Position numbers and translations under genes: made by a program. Source: Eledone cirrhosa (taxonomy: Eukaryota). From it: a stretch of DNA of 64,000 bases. How positions within the stretch are numbered: the first letter of the stretch is position 1; the number at the start of each line of letters is the position of its first letter. This document shows positions 28,776 to 49,709 of this stretch, piece after piece. The DNA lies in contig OZ024748.1 of NCBI GenBank assembly GCA_964016885.1, forward strand, positions 24,552,001 through 24,616,000. The letters run 5' to 3'. The notes under the pieces are model-generated. The model had not been told where the DNA came from and made no database searches. It saw nothing but the letters and a program-made list of their open reading frames with translations.

Positions 28776-29192
28776 CACACACACACACATACTATATATA
28801 TATACACACACACACACACACAAACGTCTGCTTCTGTATAACCGATCCCCTATTTCCCATTCAACGTCGTTTACATCTATCCCTTTTAAATGCACCCACC
28901 CAGCACCCTCCATGTGTTCTGTTCTCTTATCCCCCCTCCTCCTCTCGGTTAAAACATCTTGTTTCTTACTGTCTCTATCGTTTATATTTTACTATTTCTA
29001 ATTGCTCCTCCTTGTCTGTCATTCTGTCTATATCTACTCTAACGTACATAACACACACTCACATACATACATACATACATACATACACCGTTTCTATTTT
29101 TCTCCATTCACTACAAATAGTAATATCCATTCTGTGTCTGTATGTATATAATATAATATTAAAGTAAAGTAGTATTCAGTGTTTGTGTTTGA

Positions 29193-29239
<47 letters not shown>

Positions 29240-29515
29240 TAATATTCGGTATGTGTCTGTAAAATTGAGTACGTTAATACTAGATTCACTACAATAGTGT
29301 GAGTATGTGTATGCATGTGTACGTTAATAAAAGACACCCCCCCCCCGACTTCTCAACCTGTCTCTTAGTTACGTGTATGCTCCTTTCAAATTTAAGTAAG
29401 CCGGCCTTACCTGTTATGTTATAATTATTCTACCTTTCTACTTGCAGCAATCTCCTTAGCCACATTTCCCTAACAATTTCTAAGCCTCAATCGCCCTCCA
29501 TCACCCTATTTGTTA

Positions 29516-29561
<46 letters not shown>

Positions 29562-29750
29562 CTGCTCTGTAAAACAACTGATGTTATTACATTGAGCTAT
29601 TTATCTTACTGGTAATAGGATAGTAATTAATGACTATCTTTCACTATTTAGGGTTTGTGTATATATAATATATTACCATTAAAGGTTTTATTGCATACAT
29701 AGCCATAAATAGTACCCTTAATACTATATATATATATATATATATATATA

Positions 29751-29775
29751 ATGAAATACTGTTGGCTTCACGCTC

Positions 29776-29851
<76 letters not shown>

Positions 29852-29890
29852 GTATAGAAATTATTGTGTGTGAAGCCAACAGTATTTCAT
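29751..29890. mobile_element. Inverted pair of ~45-bp elements (family C) enclosing a (TA)n tract
   Basis: atgaaatactgttggcttcac...(TA)n...gtgaagccaacagtatttcat; single copies at 9907-9952 and 12388-12432. Confidence 0.65.
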
Positions 29891-29912
29891 AATGTATAAG
29901 TGACTATAACGT

Positions 29913-29969
<57 letters not shown>

Positions 29970-30059
29970 ATATAGATATGTGTATATATATATATAATTT
30001 ATACGTTTATGTACGTTACATGTTTATATTTGTGCGTGTACGTTTATATATACATACAT

Positions 30060-32611
<2,552 letters not shown>

Positions 32612-32680
32612 CTGAATAGCATTGAATGAATATGACACGCACCCGCAAATACATAATGTACACATACACTCGTGTGTAAG

Positions 32681-32734
<54 letters not shown>

Positions 32735-32765
32735 ATATAATTTAATTGATACGTTTATGTTCGTT

Positions 32766-32798
<33 letters not shown>

Positions 32799-33457
32799 GA
32801 GAGAGAGAGGTTAACTTTGCCTTTCATCCCTTACGGGGTAGATAAAATAAAGTACCAGTAATGTACTGGGTAATTGCTGGCCTTGTGCCTAAAGTAGAAA
32901 CAATTATATATATATATACATATACATATATATACATATACTTACACACGAGTGTATGTGTGTACATTATATGTATTTGCGCGTGCGTGTGTCATATTCA
33001 TTCAATGCTATTCAGTATGTGTGTGTGTAACACCACCAAGTAATGTAGTAGTAGTAGTAACATTAGTAGTAGTAGTAGTAGCGAACACCACGGCTGTCAC
33101 CGCCAGCAACAGTGGTTTCTGGGAATCTTCTACAACTTGCTGTATATGTTTTTCATTTTCTCACTCACTACGTTTCTTTTATCTCTCCTTCTGCTCATCT
33201 CTTTCCCTAACACACTCACACTATCTCCCTCACATACACACATACACACATATACACATATATGTCAAATCTACTACAGCTACTGTCTCCCCCCCCCCCC
33301 CACCAACTCACTTTTTTTCTTTTCTTTACTTTGAGAGTAATGTGTATGTTTCCGTGAGGTCTGGAGCTCGGACTGTCTAGTCTACCTGTCTGGCTGCTCA
33401 CATTTATTGATCTCTCTATCTATATGCGCGTGTCTCTCTCTCTATCTCTCTCTCTCT

Positions 33458-33487
<30 letters not shown>

Positions 33488-33488
<1 letters not shown>

Positions 33489-33683
33489 GGAAAAAGTATG
33501 ACCCCGACGGCAGAGCTCAAGGCGTTTAGAAAAAATTCTAATTTAGTCCAGAAATAGCCGTCGAAACGGCTTGAGCTTTGCCGCCGGGGTCATACTTTTT
33601 CCTATTTCCCACTCTACTACCCTAAGTATTGAGTACTCTGGTGCGTTATGGTCCATCTGGTTCCTTACCACATTTCCTTTGTT
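33488..33683. mobile_element. (TA)n-flanked fold-back element, family B
   Basis: Internal hairpin (aggaaaaagtatgacccc..ggggtcatactttttcct) plus a tail with gtattgagtactc; same family as 59159-59747. Confidence 0.75.
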
Positions 33684-35420
33684 ATATATATATATATACA
33701 CATACAGACACCAAATATCGGCATATTTCGTTAGAGAAGATATCTAACCAATCAGATTTTATTCAATAACTTAGTGTATTTTCTTCATTTAGACACAGAT
33801 TAGTGTTGCTCTGGCTTCATACAATCTTTCAGACGTTTTCTATTTAGTGCAAGATTTTTTAAAAGATATCCATATAATAATCATTTAGTGTTTTCGATCG
33901 TAGCCAGGGATAATTTTTATCCCTTTATATTATATTTATCAAAGAAAAGAGCCATTGTGTGGCAATGATAATGAGTTTTTTCATTATTAATTTAGAGAAA
34001 ATTGCGAATGAAGTTCATGTTCATATTTTTCTTAAGAAAATAAATATCAAACTTATATTTTTCTATGGTTTGAAATTTCTTTTTCCTTTTTCTTTTTCTT
34101 TTTTAAAACTCTCCTTATTCTCTATTGCTAGTTTTATACTTCCCTTAATATAATAATTATAATAGTCGATGGACCTCCGTTAATTTCGAAGATGAGTGTT
34201 CCAGTTATTCGATAAACGAAACAACCGCCTGTTCATGAAATCTTGCACTAAATAGAAAACGTCTGAAAGATTGTATGAAGTGTAAGTGGTCGAGACACGT
34301 GTACCTTTAATGTAAGATTCATACAGGTACAGCCTCCACACGACGGGCTTCCAAATAGATTCCGTCTAGCCAATTTCACTCATAAAGCATTGGTCGACTC
34401 TTGGCTATGGTAAACGACACTTGCTCAAACCTATTGATCAATCAGCCATACTTGTCCACCATATTATATAAAGAAGCAGCAGAACCTAAAAAAAATCAGT
34501 TATTTTATACATCAAAGTATTTGTCTTAATATTTGTCAAACAATGTTTCTCACTTCCAAGATTTTTGTCAAGTATGCCAAACACTCCCAGTAGTTTCATA
34601 TTTCACAAAATATCTCAAGTTTTTCAATAGCCCACTAAAGCAAACTATATTATTACCACAGTTTCGTGGTAATTATGCTGGTTTACGGTTGGATTGGACA
34701 CTCTACTGTCGGTGCCACGATAAAATGCACACAATCCACTTTATAAGGTGGTATCGCTGGTAGTACGATAAAATGTAGCTAGTCCACTCTGTAAAGTGGT
34801 TGCGCTTTGAAAGGGCACCCCGCTTGAGAAAGGATGTCAAATATGGGACGTAACGAGCAAAATTGGTCGCTCCGACCCTGTCTAGTTTCAGGCTGTGACA
34901 ACTTGTCTAAACCATGCCAGTGTGGAAAGGGACGTAAAATGATGATGCAACAGGTAAATGTTTTTGTTCACCCCAAGCAATGCAATAAAGTCACTAAAAT
35001 GCAAGAGGTTACTGAGAAGGACAAGACAGAGAGAACATAATTCAGTGAAAGAGATGACGATTGATGGTGGTTTTAAATTTGTTTAAATTGTAGTGGTCAG
35101 GAAAGCAAGAAGCTGGAATAGAATTTGAATATTCAATATTCGAACAAGCGCGCGCGTGTGTGTGTGTGTGTGTGTGCGTGTGCGTGTGTGCGTGTGTGTG
35201 TGTGTGTGTGTATGTGTGTGTGTGTGTGTGAGAGAGAGATGTTTACCGGAAAACTATCTATCTGACATGGTGGAGCTCGATTAGCTAACTTGCTCGACAA
35301 CGCCAGCAGGCCAATTTCCTGTTCAAAATCACCAGCTTGTGGATTTTGGCAAGGAATATTAGTCCTTTTGAGATCGAATATATTTGCTTGCGCTCTTCGG
35401 AGAAATTTGGAAAATGCCTA

Positions 35421-35488
<68 letters not shown>

Positions 35489-35679
35489 ATAGGTGAAACT
35501 TTTCCAAGCAGACTCCGAGTATGCCTTCATGCTTCACTAGAAATACCACGCCTATTTATCTGCCAGATATTGCAGATTGGTAAGAAAGAACATCGCCACC
35601 ACCATCATTACCATTACCTCTAGTAAATATTGATAATTTAAGATAGCAAATTTGTGAGTAAGAGTAAACTTGACTGCTA

Positions 35680-36030
35680 CTTTATTTTATCGACCTGGAA
35701 TGACGAAGAGCAAAGTTGACCTCGGCGGGATTTGAATTTCAGAATGTAAAGAATTAGAACAAATATCATAATGGCATTTTATCTGTCGCTCCACCAATTC
35801 TGCCAATCCACCATCCTTTACTTGTAATAATAGTTTCTGATTTAGGCACAAGGCCAACAGTTTTGGGAGAGGGGAAAGTCGATTAAATGTTGCTGTTTCT
35901 TTATTTTATTGATCCCGTATGGATGAAAGGCAAAGCTAGCCTCGGTCGGATTTGAAATCAGAACGTAAAGGGACATAACAATATGCCACAAAGCATGCCC
36001 GGCGCTCTACCGATACTGCCAATCCATCAC
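35680..36030 (-). mobile_element. Two tandem octopus-type SINE copies
   Basis: Two gcaaag...cctcgg.cggatttga...ctgccaatcca units. Confidence 0.8.
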
Positions 36031-36321
36031 TTTATTAGTAATAATATTGAGTAATGGGATATACTTTTGGAGACAGTGATCATATTGATTTCATATTTTG
36101 AAGGATAGAGGAATGTATAATGTTCATGCCTTTCCCAAAGGTATTATTAAGCTGTGTAATAATTGAAATCGTTTTTACTATCTTTCGTCCTGGGAGTTGC
36201 GCTTGCTTTCAACTCATAAATTACACCGCAAGAGATAGGCACCTACGTTGGCTGTTGGCAAACTTGATTAGAATCTTTTCTCCTCCACCCCATCACTCCC
36301 CCAATGCGCTGCCACACACAC

Positions 36322-36422
<101 letters not shown>

Positions 36423-38214
36423 ACATTTTCTCACTATCTTACTTTCTCCAGTGTACTATCACACTCTCCCTCCCTTAATTCCGATAGTACACACATACAC
36501 ACAACCGCTGAGGCAAATCTGAAATTCATTCTTTCTGTTAAATTCCTTTCACATTTGTTGTGGTTGAACCGCCATATTTAATGTTTTCATTATTCGTTGA
36601 TCACTTGTATTAAATAACATTTCGTTAAGATATGGAGCCCCACGAGTGGCAGATTATAAAGCAGGAGAGGCCTCCACAGTATCTAAAGGACCACAAATGA
36701 TATCTTTTGTTACCATAAATAATATTCGCCCTCTCCCAATGAAATGTCGACCCAGGGACCCATGTAAGCCTAATCCGTCCCTAGTCCCACAAAATCAACT
36801 TTGTTCTTCATTCTTCCCTATCTAGCAACTACCACCACCACCACCACCACCATCATCATCGTTTTTCCATGCTTGCATGGATTGTATGAGATCTTTTCCG
36901 GCAGTTTTTTTTTTCTACAACCGGATGCCCTTCCTTATGCTAACCCATACCTTATTCTAGATACGGTATATTGATATGTTACCAAAGGCTTGTCGAACCG
37001 CAATCCACGGTATATTGATATGTTACAGGCTTGTCGAACCGCAATCCTGCCGGTCATATTTTTATGGGTGACAGCCAACTGTCACCGCATGCTTTAAACG
37101 GTGACAATATGACACGAGCAGTGACATTGGAACTGACCTGTATTAAGTACTATCTTCCTATTTGATTTACAAACAGTAATTTGCTATGGACCTCATCAGC
37201 ATAGCATAATAGTCTACTGAAGGTGGTTTTAATTAATCGTAGAACCGATTCTTGAAATTATTTCTCCTTCTCTTTGAGAATCGCTAACAAATATTTTTTT
37301 TGGTTCTCTAAAAGTAAAATTTAAATTATTTGTGAATTTTTTGCATTGTACAGTAGTACACTACCCTTTATTATCTAAATTTATGCCAATAGCTCACTTG
37401 AATGATTCTCCTTGGATAATTTTATTTCTTATGCACACACACACACATTGCATTGCTAGATTCTCAAGGTAAAATTGCACCAAATTCCTTTAGTCATGCA
37501 CACACATCTTCCTCTTTCACATACAAAAAGAAGGGAAGATAAGATGCTAATTCAAATAAAATATTTCTTGGAAAATTCCACCATCAATATTCGAAATTAA
37601 ATTAAAAAAATAAATATAGATAGAACGGAAAATAAGTGCCTCCTTCTCTTTCTCAGACATAAAACTCTTAAATTATAATACATCATATATATTATATACA
37701 TCCTATATATTATGTACACTGATCCTTTTTCTCTCGTGTATTTAATTTTTCTTATTCTTTATAATTTAATGTTTTTTTTTTTATATATTCCCTGTCTATA
37801 TCCATATAATTCCTAGTTTTGTATCTCCATTGTTAAATTATAAGATGATATATATATATATATAGATATATATATATATATATATATATATTTGTCCTTG
37901 CTTTTATTCTTTATAATAAAAAAAAAATACTTTTTTAATATAACGATTACTTCTAACTATATCTGCATTTCATTCTCTCTCTATATTTGTTTCTTTTCCG
38001 TTACGTGTATAAACCTCTTTCCAAATTGCTCTCTCTCCTCTTTCATTGTGATTAACTCCCCTTCCTCCTTTCTCCCTTCTCTTAGACCTTTCTCTCTCTG
38101 TCTCCCCTATCTTTAATTTCACTATCTCTACTGCTCCTACTACATTCCCTCCCCTTCTCCCTCTCTGTTGTTCACATATTCTCACCTCTATCTGCCCCTC
38201 TTTCACTTAATCCG

Positions 38215-38300
38215 CTCCTCCTCGCCGTCGTCTAGTCTTGTTGGTCGGTCGGTCGTCTGCTGATAAGAATGGCCGACGCCGTCTCGTCTACCACATAACT
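38215..38300 (+). promoter_or_regulatory. Candidate Smad-responsive intronic enhancer
   Basis: GACGCC-N5-GTCT at 38275-38289, GCCGTC-N5-GTCT at 38224-38238, five GTCT in total and TGATAAG at 38261; CpG-rich island in AT-rich DNA. Confidence 0.55.
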
Positions 38301-38659
38301 TCGCCTGCAGCAATGGGAGCTAGCACTCAAAACAGCTTAGACAACACAGTGTGTAATGGCTTGTGGCTAGTTTCAGTCTCGCCATCCGCTCATTTTGAGT
38401 GGCAGCAATACCACACCACATCACTTCACAACACAGCAGGCGAGCCGACGAGTGAACGAACCGATGCAGGCGCAGTAGACTTACTAGAAATAACAACTAG
38501 GTTTCCTCAAATTATACACTACCCCCATTAAAAAAAAGCGAGGAGTACTAGGCTGATGTAGTCCTAGGTAGTTTGGTAGACTGAAATGCCTTTGATCATA
38601 TATATAGGTCTGTACTGACCTAGGGCTAAACAGTAAGAACAACACAGCGGGCAAATAAT

Positions 38660-40075
38660 AATTGTTTCTACTTTTGGCACAAGGCCAGCATTACTGGTAC
38701 TTTATTTTATCTACCCCGTAAGGATGAAAGGCAAAGTTGACCTCGGCGGGATTTGAACTCAGATTGGAAAGGGCCGTAACTATATGCATCAAATCATGGC
38801 GTCCGACTCTTTACCGATACTGCCAATCCACAGCGGGCAAATAATAATGAAGAGGATGAGGTAGATATATAGAGGGATGTACTGAGAGAGAGAGTAGATA
38901 TATAGAGAGACGTACTGAGAGCGAGAGAGAGAGAGAGATGTAGATATATAATGAGATAAGTACTAAGATAGAGATGTACTGACAAAGAAAGAGGTAGATA
39001 TATAGAGACAGAAGGTATTGGCAGAGATAGAAAAGTCAAAAGTTAAAGATCTAAATAAGATTTCAAATGAAGAAGTGGATAGAGAGAGATTAAAGCAAGA
39101 GTGAAATGGTGTATGCAATATCATACACAGAAAAACAACAGCAGATAGATGAGAATGGGATAGAGGGAAAATAAAGAGAGTGAAACAATACGTTAAGTGG
39201 AAGGAATAAATAGATAAATAAGGAGATTATTCTTTCACGAATTAAACCTCCATTCACGATAAGATTGTAGTAGTAATAGTAGAGGCAGTAATAATAATAA
39301 TAATAATAGCAGCAGTAGTTGTAGTTATTGTTGCTGTATAGGTCAACTATGATCGAATTTTAGTCGTGACCTTCCCAATTATTTTTCTGTCCAGTGTGTA
39401 TCCAGGACTACACTATCTACTGTGACTTTTCTGATTCTTTTATAAAAGAAACTTGTGTTATTATGAGGGAGATTTGGCTACTATTTCTAGCAAAATTGAA
39501 TCACCAACCAACTGTCTGGCTTGTAAATTCTGGTGTTATGAGTGCAGTCTGTCAGATATTTCACTCAGTCTTTTACAGATTCCAGTAATTCTGACGATAA
39601 TTATCAACACCTAGCATTTCTCATGTAACAATATATTATATATTGACTTTGCCTTTCATCCTTACGGGGTCGATAAAATAAAGTACCAGTAATGAACTGA
39701 GTATTTGCTGGCCTTGTGCCTAAAGTAGAAACAAATATATTATGATGTAATATGATTTACTGTTGTATGTTGTAATATCAATGTATTTTATATATGTATT
39801 ATTTACTATGAAGATGTAGCAATAATATGTCATATATGCTGATGTAATAATTGTTTCTACATTTGGCACAAGACCAGGAATTTGAAGGGCAAGGAGTGAG
39901 TCGATTAAATCGACTCCAGTGCGGCGTTACTTGTACTTTATTTTTTTTTTTGGCCTCGTAAGTCACAAAGACAAAGCTAAGCTCGGCAGGATTTGAATTC
40001 AGAACGTAAAGGACCGTAACTCTATGCTGCAAAGCATGTTGTCCGAGATTCTACCGATTCTGCTAATCCACCGCC
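38660..40075. mobile_element. Octopus-type SINE copies in alternating orientation: 38660-38830 (-), 39643-39735 (+), 39848-40075 (-)
   Basis: Shared SINE body motifs. Confidence 0.8.
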
Positions 40076-40211
40076 CCGATATGATGTAATAATGAATGAT
40101 ATGGACTTGCATGCTACAATGCTGTAATGTCCTTTTACAATCATCACACACGTAACTACCACCACCACCACCACCACCACCACCACCACCACCACTACCA
40201 CTACTACTACT

Positions 40212-40246
<35 letters not shown>

Positions 40247-40723
40247 ACACGTATATGCACATTTTTAGTGCAATGAAATTATATACACACACACACACAC
40301 CACACCACACACACTTCCTATGACACGCTTAAAGAACAACTTTCTGTTTTAGGGACAGGGCCAGTAATTTGAAGGGGAGAGGAAAGTCGATTAAATCGAC
40401 CCCAGTAAATTAATAATGCTTTAATTATTCTTTGATCATGCTGAAACGCTATGCTTGTGCCGATATGGTGACGCAGCTACTGAAATAAATACACACAATC
40501 TATTGAAAAGTGACTCTTACAGGACTAGTTCTGTTTCTTTCGGTTAAGGAATCATTTGTGGTTTTAACCGTGCCAAATTCTTACATGTACAAATACATGG
40601 TCCTGTTAGGTTAAATGGGTGGTAGAGTTGTTGAGTGCTCTAATGTCATGGGTATTTTATACCAAGTCTTTACTACAATGTTTTTATATGTATATATGAT
40701 GTGGTGGTGGTGAATGATATGAC

Positions 40724-41000
40724 TCGTTCTCCGCCCTTAACCTTGTTGCTTCGGCTATAAACCCGGGCTCCGCTTCCCGCAATGAAGAGAAGATAGTCAA
40801 ATAACGGGGCTTGACTGACCGTCTCCACTTTGCACCGGTCTCAGGCGAGACCTTTGGTGCCCTTGGACCCCGCCCTGCGGATTTCCTCCGTTAAGTCGGA
40901 AAGACGGAGCCCATTGGGTTTTGGGTTCGTTGTTGGTGTCTCAGGCCATTCTCCGTTTTCTCCGCGTGGTGCGGCTGGAGTGCAGTGACTGTCCCTCCCC
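40724..41000 (+). pseudogene. Second CRE-clade 3' fragment, same family as 5740-6405
   Basis: Shares ccttgttgcttcggc, agatagtcaaata, cttggacccc, aagtcggaaagacggagccc and gactgtccc with 6085-6410. Confidence 0.75.
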
Positions 41001-42350
41001 CTCTTCATTTCTTTCCCTTTTTTCTCATTTTTTACATAACTTTTCTGTTCCCTTATATTTTTCGTAGATACTGCTCAATATGCATTTATTAAGCATATAT
41101 CTGGATAGATGTACGTTTTCGATACTATTAACACAATATGTCAACAGAGTTTATCTATTTCATTTTTCAACGGAAAGTTTGCATTTTCTAAATCCCTCAC
41201 TCTCCGAATCTGCTATTTAAATCTGTCTATCTTTCTCAGTTTCTATCAATGAATTTGTGTCCTAAACTCCTTTAACGCACTATTATCTCCTAGTATCTTT
41301 CTCTCTCTTTTTCACTGATATACTATACCCCCTCATCTCTACTTAATACTTCTATTTTAGCTCACATCTGCCTCTTTCTATTACATTCACATTCTCTCTA
41401 GTATATCACAACCCCTTTTTCCTTCATTTTTCCGCTTTTATTCTTTCTACCATTAATCAACTAACTCCTTTCCTCTTCGCTGCTGACTCCCAGTTTCTCC
41501 TCTTCCCTTCTTACTTTCCCTTCTCTCTTCCATTTCAACAGTTGCTATCGTTTAACCAATGCTTCCCTTTTCCTCTTTCTCTCTCTCACCTACCGCGCTC
41601 TCTCTTTCCACTTGCTCCCTTTCCCTCATCAACCTCAGCCTGTCTGTTCCACCATGCTTTCACTTCTCCCTCAACCCTCTCCTCGGCCCTGTCACCAGTT
41701 TATTTCACTATTTCTACCCCTCCCCCCTCTCATCCCATATCTCTGATCACCCCACCCCCTCCCACTAGTTCTTGCTATGTCGCAATGAAGTTCACACCAA
41801 GTATCGATAGCTAAGTCCTCGATGAGTCTTATAACAACTGATAATAGTTGACAGATTATCTTAGAATTTATTTGGCCATTTTCTAATTATATAACTGCGC
41901 CAAGACATAACACAAAACTACTTTTATATGTGTATGCAAAAACAAAACCGCTTTTAAATATGTATGCATACACACATAAATACACAAAACCACCTTATAT
42001 ATATATGCATAAATACGCAAAATCATCTTACACATATACATTGATATCATAATGTGTATATACACAGGCTAAATATTAATCCCTAATATGTCAATAAATA
42101 TAATCTTTACATATTAAGCCTACACACACGTATATATATAGCCGCGATGAGGCCGGGGAGACCACAAATCAGGGTAATCAGTACGCTATGCACAAAAGTT
42201 TAATATATTTTAATACTTCTAAGTGGTTAATTAATTTATTAATATATCTTGTCCTTTCATTGAGATGCCTTTGTATTAGAGACAGTTAACTTTATAGTTA
42301 TAAATTAAGATATATATATATATATATATTCATCTATCAACTATACGCAC

Positions 42351-42431
42351 ACAAGGTGTTCCAACCAAATGTATATACATTTCAACAACATTCTAATAAA
42401 TATGTGCATACATTTTTGGGGACACCCTGTA
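42351..42431. mobile_element. ~80-bp Tc1/mariner-type MITE
   Basis: acaaggtgttcca...tgggacaccctgta terminal inverted repeats. Confidence 0.6.
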
Positions 42432-42456
42432 TATAATATTTATATACTCATTTATC

Positions 42457-42507
<51 letters not shown>

Positions 42508-42530
42508 GTGTGTATGTATATATATTATAT

Positions 42531-42577
<47 letters not shown>

Positions 42578-42666
42578 GTGTGTATGTATATATATTATAT
42601 TATATTATATATATATATATATATATGTGTGTGGTGTGTATGTATATATATTATATTATATTATAT

Positions 42667-42713
<47 letters not shown>

Positions 42714-42793
42714 ATGGTATGGTATGGTAGGTATATATGTATGTATGTATGTATAATATATATACACACACACTGATCAATACAATCCATTTT

Positions 42794-42870
<77 letters not shown>

Positions 42871-42889
42871 TGATAAATACAATCTTACA

Positions 42890-43120
42890 AGTAAGGCGAC
42901 GCCGGCAACCTTGATAAGAAAGAGAGAAATGGCGGCCATGGCGATTGCAGCCATGCTGGCTATGGCGGCTGTAACGGACGACCTTGATAACTAATAAGGC
43001 GGCACTGTGTCTTCCTTCTTTCTCTCTCTTCTCCCTCTCTCCTGTATGAATAGCTCTCTATCTCTTCGCCGGCATAGTGAATGTATTAGACTGGTCGAGT
43101 TTAGCAGACCAGACAGCAGT
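42890..43120 (+). promoter_or_regulatory. Candidate Smad-responsive intronic enhancer
   Basis: GGCGGC-N5-GTCT at 42998-43012, several GGCG(G/A)C and GCCGGC boxes, two TGATAA sites and a tandem CAGACCAGAC near 43105. Confidence 0.55.
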
Positions 43121-43271
43121 TACATCAAATGGAAACGTCAATAAAACCCAAGTATACTCACTACAGCTATTTCAAATTATTTTATTTCTTTTATTTATTC
43201 CTTTTCTCTATCTATTTCTCACAATGTTTTTCTTCTTTACTTGATTAGCTTTCTCTGTCCCCCTCTCACTC

Positions 43272-43344
<73 letters not shown>

Positions 43345-44153
43345 TGTGTGTACACACACACACATACACCATTTGTCTTTATTATATTTCTTTTTCTTTT
43401 CTGAATCTTTTCCCCCCTTTCCTCTTTTATCTATTCTCTGATTCTCCTTTTTATCTCATTCGTTCTTTCGTTATATCTATCCATCGTTCTTTCCTTTCTT
43501 TTTCTCTTCATTTTTGTTTTATTCGATAAAAATGGGGAATGTTTTGTTCTTGTTTGTCTTTATTCTTTTCTATTATCTTGTCTCACAATGGGGGAAGCTG
43601 GTTGAATCAATAGAGCATCGGGGAAAATGCTTTTTATGGGCTCAGCTTTGGCTTTTTACTTCTCTTTGCCCTTTTTTTCTTTTTTTTTTAAATATAAGAT
43701 GTTAAGTTTTGTGCTGAGCCATTAAAACCTAGCTATCACACTCTCTATTCCATTTTCCCCTACCGTCATACCCCCCCCCCCTGCTATATACTCATATTAA
43801 TACTTCACCTTTCTCTACTGGCTATCACTTCCTTTCTGTTCACACAGTCATGTTTGCCTTGAAAGAACACAGCTTACGTGGAGTAGAAAATATTCTAGCT
43901 TTACCGAGGACAAGACAGCCACTTTAGTGTCGGTGCCATGATGAAATACTCACTACACCCTGTAAAGTGATTCGTGCTAGAACAGTAACAGTGTAAGATA
44001 GAGAGGGTTCTTCAGTTATGTCAATGACATGGTAAGCTCTCGTGTTGTCACAATAAAAGGTACCCAGTTCTCTGTAAAAATGGTTGGTGTTAGGAAGGGC
44101 ATCCCGCAATAAAAAAAAAAAACCCAATGTCAGATGTTTCTTGATCATTATTC

Positions 44154-47332
<3,179 letters not shown>

Positions 47333-47954
47333 ACTGTAAGTTTACTTTATGTATGCTGTGTGGTAATTTGTGTATGTATTTAGCTATTAAAAGACCCTCT
47401 TTAGTTAGTTTCAACATTTTTTTCATAAGAATTCTATATTCTTTATATTGTAACCTTTTAACATATTTCTAATGAAAAACACTGCCTATCATTTTCAAAG
47501 CATTTTGAAAATAATCAAGAATTTGGAGGGAATTAGTAATATAATTAACTTTCTTATTATTAAACTTATGTTTGGAACATAACCTGACAAAGATTTTTAC
47601 ATAAAATTATGACTATTAGAAAAATGTAAATACGAGTGGTTTCAGGTGGGTTACCGAAGACATCAATCTGTTGTCTGATAACACACATACGTGTAACAAT
47701 TTACGGAGTATATATAAACATTTACAAAATGTTTATTTAAAACATCACATTCGGGAAGAGTGGGATTAACATTTATTGCATAACACTAGGATCGTTAATA
47801 TTTGACTATTTCAATCAAATTAAATCGTATCCGACTATTTGAAAAATCATATGTAGACAAGAAATTTTCAAAGGCTGTGTTATGCAATACATATTATTCT
47901 CACTCTTCTGGAATGTGATGTTTTAAATAATAATTGTGTGTGTATGTGGAGAGA

Positions 47955-48017
<63 letters not shown>

Positions 48018-48135
48018 AGAGACTGCGGTGCTGAGACCGGGAGACCACTAATCAAGGGAGTACGCAATGCATGGGGAGATGCAGAGTGGGTATAGAGTTA
48101 GGTAAATTCCCGACCGCAGGGCCACACGGTCAGGA

Positions 48136-48270
<135 letters not shown>

Positions 48271-48508
48271 AGAGAGATGTGTGTGTATATATAGTAGTTT
48301 CAATGTTGTATGTCTATGTTGCGAGTTCCACTGCAGTGTGGTAGCCACCTGCTGCCAAAAGAGCAGCTGCTGATGCATTATTGATTGCACTTGCTGCACA
48401 TTCCTTAGAGACGGATGCATGACAACTTGAAGATTGTGTCTTCAGCTGAAATTAAATTTAAAAAAAAAAGGGGAGATATTGGATTTTTCTAAAAAAAATT
48501 GTCCCTTT

Positions 48509-48539
<31 letters not shown>

Positions 48540-49238
48540 ACGAGCGCTCATATCGGCTTTCTTGTTTGTGTGCCTTCATGCATGCAATCTATGTGTTCAT
48601 GCATGATGTGTGTGTGCGTGCGTGTATATGTGTGTACGAGCATGGTGTGTATTCATACATGCATATGGGTGTGCGTGTGTATATCCATGTGTGAGTATGT
48701 GCATGTATGTATGAGTACGCGCGTGTGTGTGTGTGTGTGTGTGCATATACTTGCATATAGTTGTGCGTGTATATGTGCATGTGTGAATGTATGAATGTGT
48801 GTGCATGAATGCGTGCATGTGCATATGAGTGTGTTTGTTCATACATGCATGTGTATGTGTGCGCGTATTCTTTCGGGCTCTCTGCATGTGAATAGGAATT
48901 AGTAGGTTCTATGTGTGTGTGTGTCGGTACCTATGTGTAAGGTGTGCGCGCGCGTTTCTATATATGATACTGGTGTATCTGTATGTATGTAAATGTGTGC
49001 GTATGTGTTTGTATGTAGATACATTGTGTGTGTGTTTGGTATAAGTATATGTGTATGTATTCCTATGTAGGTAAATGTATATGCATGTGTTGCACGTAGA
49101 GATATATGTGGGCATTTCTATGTGTGTTAGTAGATAAGAGCATGCGTGTGTGTGTGTAAGAACATTGTGTGAGGGTGTTCGTCTACTTATATTTTATGCC
49201 TGAATATGTATGTATGCGCGCGCGCGCACACGCACGCA

Positions 49239-49337
<99 letters not shown>

Positions 49338-49610
49338 TCACAAACACAAACGTGAGTGTGTGTGTGTCTATGTACGTATATATGCCTGTATGTTATGCCT
49401 GTATGTATGAAAATGTATCAGTACAAGGGAACAGACACAAGACTGCCTATGTTTTTAGAAGTATCTGTACATCTTTGAGTCCATATATGTGCATGGTTGT
49501 TTCCGTCAGATAGTATTGTATGGAATGTAAATATGTGTGTATGTGTGTTTGAGTGTGTGTATGGGTGCATATATACATACGCATCTCTCTCTCTATATAT
49601 AAATACATAT

Positions 49611-49709
<99 letters not shown>

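Noticed and set aside
37165-37205. Minus-strand CTGATGAGGTCC hammerhead-like start
   Set aside because: No stem II partner or GAAA follows
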